From an uncultured delta proteobacterium (GTDB lineage Bacteria; Desulfobacterota; Binatia; UBA9968): a DNA stretch of 64,000 nt. A program made the position numbers and the translations under genes. Of this stretch, positions 53,473-61,849 are shown piece after piece. The notes under the pieces were generated by a model. It had not been told where the DNA came from. It did no database searches and saw only the letters and a program-made list of their open reading frames with translations. Within the stretch, counting starts at the first letter, position 1, and every line of letters begins with the position of its first letter. Location: NCBI GenBank assembly GCA_963727625.1, contig CAVSHR010000002.1, forward strand, positions 544,001 to 608,000. The letters are read 5' to 3'.

Positions 53473-55230
53473 ATGCGACAGACACGCTCAGTTTTATTCC
53501 GCGCCGCTTCTGCGGCGATTGTGCTGCTTTTTTCCCTCGGCCATCCGGCAGCGGTGTTGGCGACCGTCGAAGAGCTGACATTGAGCAAAGTGCCGCCGGA
53601 CACCAAGGTGACCATCATCGGCACCGATCGAAGCGATCGCGTCGAGGCCAGGACGAAAGTTGGAGACAGCGAGGGTAAGCTCAGTTTTCAATTGAAAGAC
53701 CGTGGCTGGGAAAGCGGAAAATATATTCTAAACATCTGGGAGCCGGTCGGCAGCCCGGTCACCGAGTTGATCACACTTGAAGATGGTGCGAATCAAATCG
53801 ATCTCGCGACGATTCTCGGCGAGCCAGAAGCCGCTGGCCAAGAAGCGGCGTCAGCGCCGACTGCCGGCGTACTGGGCGGATTGGCAGCCGGAGCGACAGG
53901 GGCGGCAATTTCCATTGGTGGCAGGCGTAGCGAGGCCGGAATCGAGCGCGGCGGAGAGTATGGCTACAACGACGAAGAGCGCGGCGGGCGCGGCACGGGA
54001 GCCGGCGTTGCTATTGGCGGCGCGCTGCTTGGCGCTTTGGCGAACTCGCTTTTCGGCGGATCGTCGAGTGAGCCCCCACCGGCGGCTCCAGTATCAGCGC
54101 CGGAACCGCGGCCTGCGCGCGAGTTTGTCCTTCACCGCGTGCTGGTGACGATTCCGCTGGCCGATTTGCCGGCCATGCAGACTTTGGCACAAGCGATTGC
54201 CGCTGACCACAACCTTACATTTCTTGCCGTTAACGCCTTGGGGTCGGTCAACCTCGGTCTGGCGGAATATACAATTACCGATGGTTTGGATCCCCTGGCA
54301 AAATCGGCCGAGCTTGCCGCCGATGCCCGGGTGGAGGCGGCCCAGCCTGAGTTCATCTATCAAACCGCCTCGAAGCAAGAGCAGCTTTATTACGGCCGCA
54401 AATTAATTCGCGCCGATGTGGTGGCGCCGAAGGTTACCGGCGACGGCGTGCGCGTCGCACTAATCGATACCGGCGTCGACCGCGAGCGTCCCGAGCTCAA
54501 GGGCAAGATTGCCGCCGCGGTGGATTTCACCGGCAAAGGATTGACGCCCGACGTGCATGGCACGATGCTCGCCGGCATCATCGCCGCGGAACGAAGCAGC
54601 GGCATTGGAGTCGCGCCCAGCGTGAATTTGCTCGCGATCAAGTCCTGCCAAGCGCAACGACCTCAGCGCATCGAGGGAACGTGCTGGACCTCGACGCTTA
54701 CGCGAGGCATTGATTACGCCAACACCGGTGCGGCACGGGTGATCAATCTGAGCGTCGGCGGCCCTGAGGATAAGCTTCTCACCCGTCTGATTAATGAAGC
54801 GGTCAAGCGAAACATCGTGGTGGTCGCCGCGGCGGGCAACGACGGAGTAAAGGGGCAGCCGCGCTATCCGGCGGCGTTGGACAATGTGATCGCGGTTACC
54901 GCCGTCGACATCGACCGCCACTTGTACCGACAGGCGACTCGTGGAACCTTTATCGATTTGTCGGCGCCTGGAGTGGAGATTGTCAGTGTCGGACCTGGTG
55001 CGAGATTCCCGATTTCGTCTGGCACTTCGTTCGCCGCGGCTTACGTGACCGGCACGATTGCGCTCATGCTCGAACAAACGGGCGGTCTCACACCCCCGGA
55101 AACCCAGGCCGCGTTGGAAAAGACGGCCGCGGACCTCGGTGCCCCCGGCAAGGACGGCGAATTCGGCAGTGGTCTGGTCGATATCTGCCAGGCGATGGCG
55201 CAACTCGATCAAGCCAATCCATGCCGTTAA
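53473..55230 (+). CDS. Secreted S8 subtilisin-like serine peptidase
   Basis: Signal peptide; triad VALIDTGVD / HGTMLAGII / SGTSFAA; AAAGNDG oxyanion; two Gly-zipper-like segments in the N-terminal part. Confidence 0.93.
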   Translation: MRQTRSVLFRAASAAIVLLFSLGHPAAVLATVEELTLSKVPPDTKVTIIGTDRSDRVEARTKVGDSEGKLSFQLKDRGWESGKYILNIWEPVGSPVTELITLEDGANQIDLATILGEPEAAGQEAASAPTAGVLGGLAAGATGAAISIGGRRSEAGIERGGEYGYNDEERGGRGTGAGVAIGGALLGALANSLFGGSSSEPPPAAPVSAPEPRPAREFVLHRVLVTIPLADLPAMQTLAQAIAADHNLTFLAVNALGSVNLGLAEYTITDGLDPLAKSAELAADARVEAAQPEFIYQTASKQEQLYYGRKLIRADVVAPKVTGDGVRVALIDTGVDRERPELKGKIAAAVDFTGKGLTPDVHGTMLAGIIAAERSSGIGVAPSVNLLAIKSCQAQRPQRIEGTCWTSTLTRGIDYANTGAARVINLSVGGPEDKLLTRLINEAVKRNIVVVAAAGNDGVKGQPRYPAALDNVIAVTAVDIDRHLYRQATRGTFIDLSAPGVEIVSVGPGARFPISSGTSFAAAYVTGTIALMLEQTGGLTPPETQAALEKTAADLGAPGKDGEFGSGLVDICQAMAQLDQANPCR

Positions 55231-55321
55231 TCATGACCACGTAGAGTTTTCGACCTCGCTCCGAATCTTTTGTGATCTCAGTTCCCTCCATGGCCCTGGT
55301 CTCCAGGGCCATTTTTTTCAC

Positions 55322-55349
55322 TTGAACCTTCGCCGTAGCGCTTGCGACC
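55322..55349 (+). promoter_or_regulatory. Putative ECF promoter 2
   Basis: TTGAACC-ttcgccgtagcgctt-GCGACC. Confidence 0.78.
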
Positions 55350-55383
55350 TACCCGATAACGAAATTTTAGGGAGGGCGGGACG

Positions 55384-55506
55384 ATGAACGACGAACTTAT
55401 AGATTATCTGACGACCATCTGGATGGTGAAGCAGGGCGGTCGAGTTTACTTCTTTCGCGGCGACCTCGCTGATTTGCCGCCGCATCTTTCGATAGTTGTC
55501 TGTTGA
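55384..55506 (+). CDS. Putative 40-aa small protein
   Basis: MNDELIDYLTTIWMVKQGGRVYFFRGDLADLPPHLSIVVC*, with a GGGAGG RBS, just downstream of promoter 2. Confidence 0.55.
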   Translation: MNDELIDYLTTIWMVKQGGRVYFFRGDLADLPPHLSIVVC

Positions 55507-55564
55507 CTCTAAGCAGCGCCTTCTTGATCGGCTGCTAAGCCGTTCAAGGGTTTAGGCAAATATT

Positions 55565-55957
55565 ATGAAACGAACAAAACTAAAGCTGATCGCACTCGTC
55601 CTGACGGGTCTGCTCGGAAGCTCTGCTTCTCTCGCTTCGCCCAGATTTAGCGTTTTTCGCTTCGGCGCCATCGCCTATTCGCGCAGCAGCGGCCGTTTCG
55701 GCTCGAGCTGGTCATGGGACCGTGCCTCAAAGGCTCAGCAACAAGCGCTCGCTGCGTGCAATCGTCCGGACTGCCGCACGATGGTGTTATTCAGAAACGC
55801 CTGCGGTGCGCTGGCGCGGGCGCACAACGCCTCTATCGTAACCGCATGGAGCGACTCTGTAACCAATGCCAAGCGACTTGCGTCTAATCGCTGTACCCGG
55901 GAATGGGGCAGCTGCAAGCTAATCTGCTCGGTGTGCTCCGGCGGCAACCGACCGTAG
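55565..55957 (+). CDS. Secreted DUF4189 domain protein
   Basis: Signal peptide, FGAIAYS, AQQQALAAC..C, NACGALA, Cys-rich tail. Confidence 0.85.
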   Translation: MKRTKLKLIALVLTGLLGSSASLASPRFSVFRFGAIAYSRSSGRFGSSWSWDRASKAQQQALAACNRPDCRTMVLFRNACGALARAHNASIVTAWSDSVTNAKRLASNRCTREWGSCKLICSVCSGGNRP

Positions 55958-55975
55958 AAAAGTAGGCGATAAGAA

Positions 55976-56251
55976 ATGGGCAATTACTTCACAAGGAACG
56001 TAGTGGCAGTCGGCTTCGTGGCCGGCCTTGGCATGGCGGCCGTCTCGACGCTGCTTCTGTGGCTCGACCAGGGTAAGTGCGAGATCATCGTGCAATTCAT
56101 TGACTTTCTCGCCGGGCTGCCGGTAGTCATTGCGCGGCGGCTCGATGTTCCCAAGTCGCTATTTTATCCGTTTTTCTTTACCTATTGGGGGCTGACCGGC
56201 GCCAGCATCGCAAAGCTCGTTCAGCGCCGGCGGCCCCGCTCCGCGCAATAA
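55976..56251 (+). CDS. Small membrane protein
   Basis: Two to three hydrophobic segments, co-oriented with the cluster. Confidence 0.6.
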   Translation: MGNYFTRNVVAVGFVAGLGMAAVSTLLLWLDQGKCEIIVQFIDFLAGLPVVIARRLDVPKSLFYPFFFTYWGLTGASIAKLVQRRRPRSAQ

Positions 56252-56377
56252 GTCTATTTCTCCAAATTCGCCAATTTCTCTAGAGGGTTAACGCTCTTCG
56301 CGGTGCCGGAGATTCCATGACCGGCGTCGAGCGTCTCGGCTTGCCGCGCATTTCGCCGTCAAAAAAGCCATTCGGCG

Positions 56378-56405
56378 TTGAACCTTTTTCAAACCGGCTG
56401 CGACT
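56378..56405 (+). promoter_or_regulatory. Putative ECF promoter 3
   Basis: TTGAACC-tttttcaaaccggct-GCGACT. Confidence 0.82.
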
Positions 56406-56461
56406 TACTCACCGTACGAGCCGCGGCAAGGACGAAGTAAAACGAAAGGGAGAACAGAATC

Positions 56462-56989
56462 ATGAAAACGTTATTAACCCATAGACCAGAAGGGAGAATT
56501 TCGATGAAGGCGAATCTTAAAAAGGCAATGATGGCAACGGCGGTGTTCGGTATGCTCGCGGGTCCTTACTTGGTGAGCGAAGCGGATGCGATCTGCTTGA
56601 TCTCTTGCAGCCGGCGCAGCAATACCGCGACCACCACCAATCAGACCGAGACCAACAGTGTGTGGGGGAGCTATCGCGGCCATCAGTTGGATACCTATAG
56701 CTCTCAGTACCAGGCCGGCGATATTACCGTGGGCAATTTCGGCAACGGGAACATCGTTGCGGGCGGGCCCGAGGTATTTGTCCGGGGCGATAACAACGGT
56801 GCGTTGAACGCCAGCCAGTCGAACAACTTCGGCATCGTCAACAGCAACTTCGGCCACACGGCGGGCGTGGCCCCGCAGGCCTCGGGCGACGTGAGCGCGA
56901 GCATCTTTCCGATGAACGATGCCACGAGCCGGAACAGCATTCCGATCAGCCAGGGCGACACCGACGCGGTCAACACCACCGTCAAGTAA
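56462..56989 (+). CDS. Secreted Asn/Ser/Thr/Gly-rich protein, candidate functional-amyloid or fibre subunit
   Basis: Two in-frame starts (56462, 56504), each with an AAGGGAG RBS; signal peptide ending SEADA; mature part low in charge with three NFG motifs. Confidence 0.75.
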   Translation: MKTLLTHRPEGRISMKANLKKAMMATAVFGMLAGPYLVSEADAICLISCSRRSNTATTTNQTETNSVWGSYRGHQLDTYSSQYQAGDITVGNFGNGNIVAGGPEVFVRGDNNGALNASQSNNFGIVNSNFGHTAGVAPQASGDVSASIFPMNDATSRNSIPISQGDTDAVNTTVK

Positions 56990-57001
56990 AACTTCGCGCA
57001 A

Positions 57002-57037
57002 GAGGGGACGGGAGATTCTCCCGCCCCCTCTTTTTTT
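57002..57037 (+). terminator. Intra-operon Rho-independent terminator
   Basis: gaggggacgggaga-t-tctcccgccccctc followed by T7. Confidence 0.8.
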
Positions 57038-57052
57038 ATGGAGGAAGATAAA

Positions 57053-57455
57053 ATGAAAAAGCTGATGACGCTTTTTGCACTTCTGTTGATCGCCGCACCG
57101 GTTTTGGCGCAGGAGCAGCCTTCCCCGGCGCAAACCCTGCTGCGCAATCTCAATCGTATTCGCGCCGGGATGGAGCATGAGGAAGAAAGGGAGGCAGAAA
57201 AAGCGCGCGCCAACGCCGGCCAATCCGCCGTCTGGCGCGAGCCGGGGGAGCTTGGGCGAGCTGCGCGCGCGTGTCACCGACAACATGCGCAATATCCGCG
57301 AACCCTTCCGCTGCCTCGATGTCGACATCGAGAAGAACGCCGGTCCGGTCGTTTTGGTATGCGGCAATAACAGCGGCACGAGCGCGGCGCTGCAACAGAA
57401 CACGAGCAATTCGGGCAATACGTTGGTGACGACCCTGCCCGCGGCTCAGCCCTAA
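57053..57455 (+). pseudogene. Secreted protein gene split by a +1 frameshift
   Basis: Signal peptide MKKLMTLFALLLIAAPVLA in one frame; plausible coding sequence continues in the next frame (GELRARVTDNMRNIREPFRCLDVDIEKNAGPVVLVCGNNSG...) to TAA 57455; G5 run at 57244-57248. Confidence 0.7.
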
Positions 57456-57465
57456 GGAGGTAATC

Positions 57466-57771
57466 ATGCAACTCGCAAGACTATGCATCCTTTTCGTGAC
57501 AGCGGCGCTGTTGATCGTTCACACGCTGGCGCATTCCGCCAGCGCGCCCATCGGCGAAACACTACTGCTGATTCCTACCCGCGGTGCCGCCGTGATCGTG
57601 ATCGAAAACGCCAGCCGATTCGATCCGCTGGTGCAGCGTTTGCTGGCCGAGGGCGAGATCAAACGCTGGTTCGTCGTCGAGCAACCGCTGATTCAACTGC
57701 CAAAGTTGCAATCCGAAGGTTTTTTGCACGAGCTTCAGATCCGCCAACTCGATGAGATCATGCGGCGCTAG
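57466..57771 (+). CDS. Hypothetical exported protein
   Basis: Strong RBS AAGGAGGT, N-terminal signal-like sequence. Confidence 0.7.
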   Translation: MQLARLCILFVTAALLIVHTLAHSASAPIGETLLLIPTRGAAVIVIENASRFDPLVQRLLAEGEIKRWFVVEQPLIQLPKLQSEGFLHELQIRQLDEIMRR

Positions 57772-57811
57772 GATTCCTTCGAGATACTTTTACGTACCAT
57801 TTCATTCTCTT

Positions 57812-57840
57812 TCAGGGGCGGGTTGGAAACCCGCCCCTGA
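57812..57840. repeat. Palindromic REP-like hairpin
   Basis: tcaggggcgggtt-gga-aacccgcccctga. Confidence 0.7.
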
Positions 57841-57862
57841 AGGGTATTTTTGCTCCGGTGAT

Positions 57863-57890
57863 TTGAACCTTTTTAGATGTGGCTGCGACA
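57863..57890 (+). promoter_or_regulatory. Putative ECF promoter 4
   Basis: TTGAACC-tttttagatgtggct-GCGACA. Confidence 0.8.
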
Positions 57891-57926
57891 GAACATACAG
57901 ATTCAGTCAAAAAGGGAGGGATCACC

Positions 57927-58886
57927 ATGAATAAATTCATCGTCACAGCAATGTTAGCGGCTTTAATGGGCTGCGGAACTTACTCCTCGCAGGCACAAGA
58001 CCCGGGCGTCAAAACCGCTTGCCCGGCGCAAAAGAAACGCGTAGCGGTGCTCAAGTTCGGCGCCACCGGTAAATTCGGCGCGTTCGAGGGCTGGGACGTT
58101 GGCGACGGGTTGGCCGCACAGCTGGCCACGGCGCTGCAGCAAAGCGGTTGTTTTACGGTCATCGATCGTCTCGCGCTGGCCGGTTTGCTGAGAGAGCAAG
58201 AACTCGCATTGACCGGCATTGCCGCGAATGAGTCCGCCGTAAGAGTGGGAAAAATGTCCGGCGCGCAGATCCTGATCAAGGGCGAAATCACCGAGTTCGA
58301 ACCGACGACTTCGGGCAGCGGCATGACCGTCGGGCTCGGCTTTATTAAAGTTCCGCTCGGCATCCGCCTCGGCGGCGAGTCGCAAACCGCCCATGTCGCC
58401 ATGGACGTGCGTTTGATCGACGCTTCAACCGGGCAGGTGCTTCAATCTCACCGTGTCGAGGGTAAGTCGAGCGCTTCGGGTTTGTCGCTGGGGTTGGACA
58501 ACCGCTTCGCCAGCATCGGCGGTGAACATTTCACCAAGACACCGTTAGGGCAGGCTACCCGCCAGGCGCTGGTCGAAGCAGTTGGTTTAATATCAGCTTC
58601 ATTAAACGCCTTGCCGTCCGAACCCGCTCCGGAGTGGCGCGTCGTCGACGTGATGGACAATCAGATTTTCGTCAACGCCGGCGAAGCCGCCGGTGTTAAA
58701 ATCGGCGAGCGGCTGCGCGTGGTATCGGTATCGCGCGAGCTCGTCGATCCGGAAACCCAAGCGGTGTTGGGAACGATCGAGCAACCCGGCGGCGAAGTCG
58801 AGATCGTTGCAGTAAAAGATCGCTACAGTGTCGGAACCGTCCTCGGGTCATTCTCACCTAAACGGGGCGATGTCGTTCGCTACTGA
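57927..58886 (+). CDS. CsgG/HfaB family lipoprotein with C-terminal FlgT-like beta domain
   Basis: Lipobox LMGC; KKRVAVLKF, ALQQSGCFTVIDR..L..LLREQ, GAQILIKGEITEF, MDVRLIDASTGQV; C-terminal IFVNAG..AGVKIG...ELVDPETQAVLG. Confidence 0.85.
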   Translation: MNKFIVTAMLAALMGCGTYSSQAQDPGVKTACPAQKKRVAVLKFGATGKFGAFEGWDVGDGLAAQLATALQQSGCFTVIDRLALAGLLREQELALTGIAANESAVRVGKMSGAQILIKGEITEFEPTTSGSGMTVGLGFIKVPLGIRLGGESQTAHVAMDVRLIDASTGQVLQSHRVEGKSSASGLSLGLDNRFASIGGEHFTKTPLGQATRQALVEAVGLISASLNALPSEPAPEWRVVDVMDNQIFVNAGEAAGVKIGERLRVVSVSRELVDPETQAVLGTIEQPGGEVEIVAVKDRYSVGTVLGSFSPKRGDVVRY

Positions 58887-58924
58887 AATTCCCGCAACCA
58901 TCCCGCCCAAACTCCTGCCCACGG

Positions 58925-58954
58925 ACTGCCCCGACCCAGAAGGGTTGGGGCAGT
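58925..58954. terminator. Hairpin between convergent genes
   Basis: actgccccgaccc-agaa-gggttggggcagt. Confidence 0.65.
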
Positions 58955-59101
58955 TGTCTTTTGCGATCTCCGTCAGGGAATAGGACCGCTGAAACCGGTA
59001 TTTGGCAGTTTGTAGACTCTGGAATCGTTCCACCGCTGCATGTGGTGAGCGGCAATGCCGGTTCGCACCGCACGCAATCATTAGCAATTCGCGTCTTCCC
59101 G

Positions 59102-61252
59102 TCACACTATTTCTGCGGCGAAGGCGGCGGTCTCTGATCGGTCCAGATTCGTCAAGGTGCCGCTGCCGTTGGTGGTCTTTACATACGCGCTGAGACGAAC
59201 CGCAAATGCGCACTTCTGGTGGCCGAGCGGCTCGTCGCCGAGCAAGTCGCCGAGGGTCTTGGACACGCTGGTATGAGGCCCGGCGGGCGGCTCGCCGACC
59301 TCAGCGCTGCCCGGGTTGGCAACTTGCCAGCTCGGCCCGTTCAAGCCGCGTGCGATCACCAAGCTGTGATTATGCAAAAACGACGGCGACCCTGGCTGTG
59401 GGTGGTACGCCCGATAGCCGATCTGAACCGTAGCGGCGGCGCCGCCGGAGAGGAATTGGCACTGCTCGGAACTGGGCAAACCGTTGAGTCGGATGTCGAC
59501 AATGTCGGCCAGCGCGGAACGATTGTCCCACCACAATATGTGCGTGAGCGCTGCAAACGGCACCGGGTCCGTGCTCGCGGGTACATTCCAACGCCGGAAT
59601 GTGAACGGTGCGACAGTTCCCGTTTCGGCCGCCGGCGCGCCTGTCGGTTTCAAGCGTGCACCGGCGGTATTGAACACTTCGATCATCACCAGATATCTGC
59701 CGTTGGGGAATTCGGTTGTAGGGATGACGCCGTGATACTGTCCGTCCTGCCATTCTTCGTTGCTGCCGAGCGGGTCGCCTGTGTCGTAGGGGATTTTTGA
59801 CAAGTTCGCTTCCGTCCCAACCGAGTACGGCCCGAGACCTATGGCCCCGGGCGTCGCGGTGCTGAGACGCCAGGTGGACCAGGTGGGCGAGGCCAGCGGC
59901 GTCCACGCGCCCGCCGGGTCGCCACTCGAATTCGCCGGGACAACCTTGATGCGATAGTAAATCGCGCCGGCGGCGCGCATAGATTCGGTAAAATGGTATT
60001 GCAGCGCCACGCTGCCGCCGAGATTTCGATCGAGCAGTTGGCCCACCGCGTCCGCGGGGTTAGCCGCCGGATTCAAAAGCCCGGCATTATATGCGGGAGC
60101 GTTGACGGATTGAAACGAATTCTGATTCGGCGTCGCCAACCGGTAGGAGGGCGTCGAACCGATATCTTCCAGAACGACGAACGCGCCCTCGCCGGGGACG
60201 CCGGATTCACGGCAACCGACGGCCAATGGACTGTAACTGGTCAGGGTCGGCTGGTCGCCGGCGCTGAACCATTGATTCGCCGCGACGCCATTATAAATGG
60301 TCACCAGGTTGCCACCGATCGGTTGTTTGACGATGTAGGCAAATTCCTCGTGGCAGCCCCGCTGGAACAATCGCAGCGGCTCGCGCCAGCAAACGCTGAA
60401 CGATCCGCCGTCCTGCACGAACCCCTCGGCGACTTTCTGCGGGGTGCCGCAGTGACACCATAAAAATGGGTGGCGAATAATAAAATCTTGGCGCAGCTCA
60501 TGCGCGAGCTTGGGCAACAGAGCTTTGGCGCGCAGCAGCTCTACCTTGCGTTGATCCACCGCGCCGCCGGTAAGGATGAGTTGGCGCAATTCAAATGGCG
60601 CGGGGTCGGGACCGGGCCGCGGGCCGATGGGCCCCCAGGGATCGTCGGGCGGGATCGGCGGAAACCCGGGATTGACCTCGATGGGCATATCGTCGAGATC
60701 GAACGGCGGATCGATGATTACCGGCGGCTCGCAGCAGCAGGTGCGGCGATAGACTTCCACCGTGCCAAAGCAGACCGGTGTGCAGCGCTGCCATGGCCAG
60801 CGCACGATGGCGCGGTTGCCGACTAGTGTGCGCAGGCTCGGGAGCGCCGTAAGCTCCAAATCGACCAGCAGTCCATCGATCACGTCGAGGAACGGAAAAC
60901 AGCGGCGCACGTTGCCGCTGACGCAGCGCCGGATAGGGAACCAAGGTTGCCAAACCCTGCCGCCGATGGCGATTTCACCTTCCGCGATGATTCTTTTGAG
61001 TTCACTCGCAGGAACCGTATAAAAGGTGCGAGGCGCATCCGGTTTGGCGCCGGCCGGACCAATCTGCAACTTTGCCGCGCGTCCGGCAGTACGCTCGTCG
61101 AGCGGAAAAGTGCCATCCAGTTCCACCGGCACCGACTGAATGATCTTACCGTTGCTGTCTGCCACGTGGACAAGGAGACCCCCGCTCTCCTTGTCCGGCG
61201 TGATACCATCGAGAACGACGCGCAGGCGTCGGACATTTTCATTGGTAGCCAT
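59102..61252 (-). CDS. Large hypothetical protein, Cys/Pro-rich, beta-rich C-terminus
   Basis: 716-aa ORF from ATG 61252 with a GGGAG RBS; RRTCCCEPP, PIGPRPGPDP; no family recognised. Confidence 0.85.
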   Translation of the reverse strand: MATNENVRRLRVVLDGITPDKESGGLLVHVADSNGKIIQSVPVELDGTFPLDERTAGRAAKLQIGPAGAKPDAPRTFYTVPASELKRIIAEGEIAIGGRVWQPWFPIRRCVSGNVRRCFPFLDVIDGLLVDLELTALPSLRTLVGNRAIVRWPWQRCTPVCFGTVEVYRRTCCCEPPVIIDPPFDLDDMPIEVNPGFPPIPPDDPWGPIGPRPGPDPAPFELRQLILTGGAVDQRKVELLRAKALLPKLAHELRQDFIIRHPFLWCHCGTPQKVAEGFVQDGGSFSVCWREPLRLFQRGCHEEFAYIVKQPIGGNLVTIYNGVAANQWFSAGDQPTLTSYSPLAVGCRESGVPGEGAFVVLEDIGSTPSYRLATPNQNSFQSVNAPAYNAGLLNPAANPADAVGQLLDRNLGGSVALQYHFTESMRAAGAIYYRIKVVPANSSGDPAGAWTPLASPTWSTWRLSTATPGAIGLGPYSVGTEANLSKIPYDTGDPLGSNEEWQDGQYHGVIPTTEFPNGRYLVMIEVFNTAGARLKPTGAPAAETGTVAPFTFRRWNVPASTDPVPFAALTHILWWDNRSALADIVDIRLNGLPSSEQCQFLSGGAAATVQIGYRAYHPQPGSPSFLHNHSLVIARGLNGPSWQVANPGSAEVGEPPAGPHTSVSKTLGDLLGDEPLGHQKCAFAVRLSAYVKTTNGSGTLTNLDRSETAAFAAEIV

Positions 61253-61849
61253 AAATAAAACTCTCCCTTCCTCAATATAAAAACGATTTTGATGACGTGC
61301 GTGCCGTGGCGAACGCAATGGATAACGATTGCAATTTTAAGCAATGGCAGGGCCATTGTTAGTCACTGCATCGTTTCCATGTCAGGCGGCGAATCGCGTG
61401 GACATGGGTAGTCAGTTGTTCGCGGTGAGATTTGTGCGCGCGAAACAAAAATGCTCCGATCGTTGCTGATCATGGACAAAAAAGTTGCGGAGGAAGCCGA
61501 CGTAGAAAAAGTGCGATCAACTCTATCCTACGAGTTGATTTGCGCCTAATGTATGGCCGGCTAAATATATTTTTGTTTTAAAGCTGCGCCGGCCGAGCGA
61601 TCATGTCGCGCTAATTATTTTTCTCAGTCGGCACAAATGTCGTTGCGCATCGTGAACTGAAAGAATCAATGAAGAGAAAGTAAAAAATGGTAAGAACGCG
61701 ACGGAGGATGGATTCGGGTAACCGGGCCATGATACGAGATTGATCATGATTGGACGGTTCCGCAGGCACGAGCCTTGGCGCGGTCTTAATCGGCCTCGAT
61801 GGCATTTTTGTGGCGGGCTCCATCAATAAGCTGGTCGTCGCCTTCGCGG

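Noticed and set aside
56462-56989. Calling this protein CsgA or FapC
   Set aside because: It lacks the curlin QxGxxNxAxxxQ repeat and FapC repeats, so it is kept only as an amyloid-like candidate.
56474-57418. 314-aa minus-strand ORF
   Set aside because: It is antisense to genes with signal peptides, RBSs, a promoter and a terminator on the plus strand, and shows no recognisable motifs.
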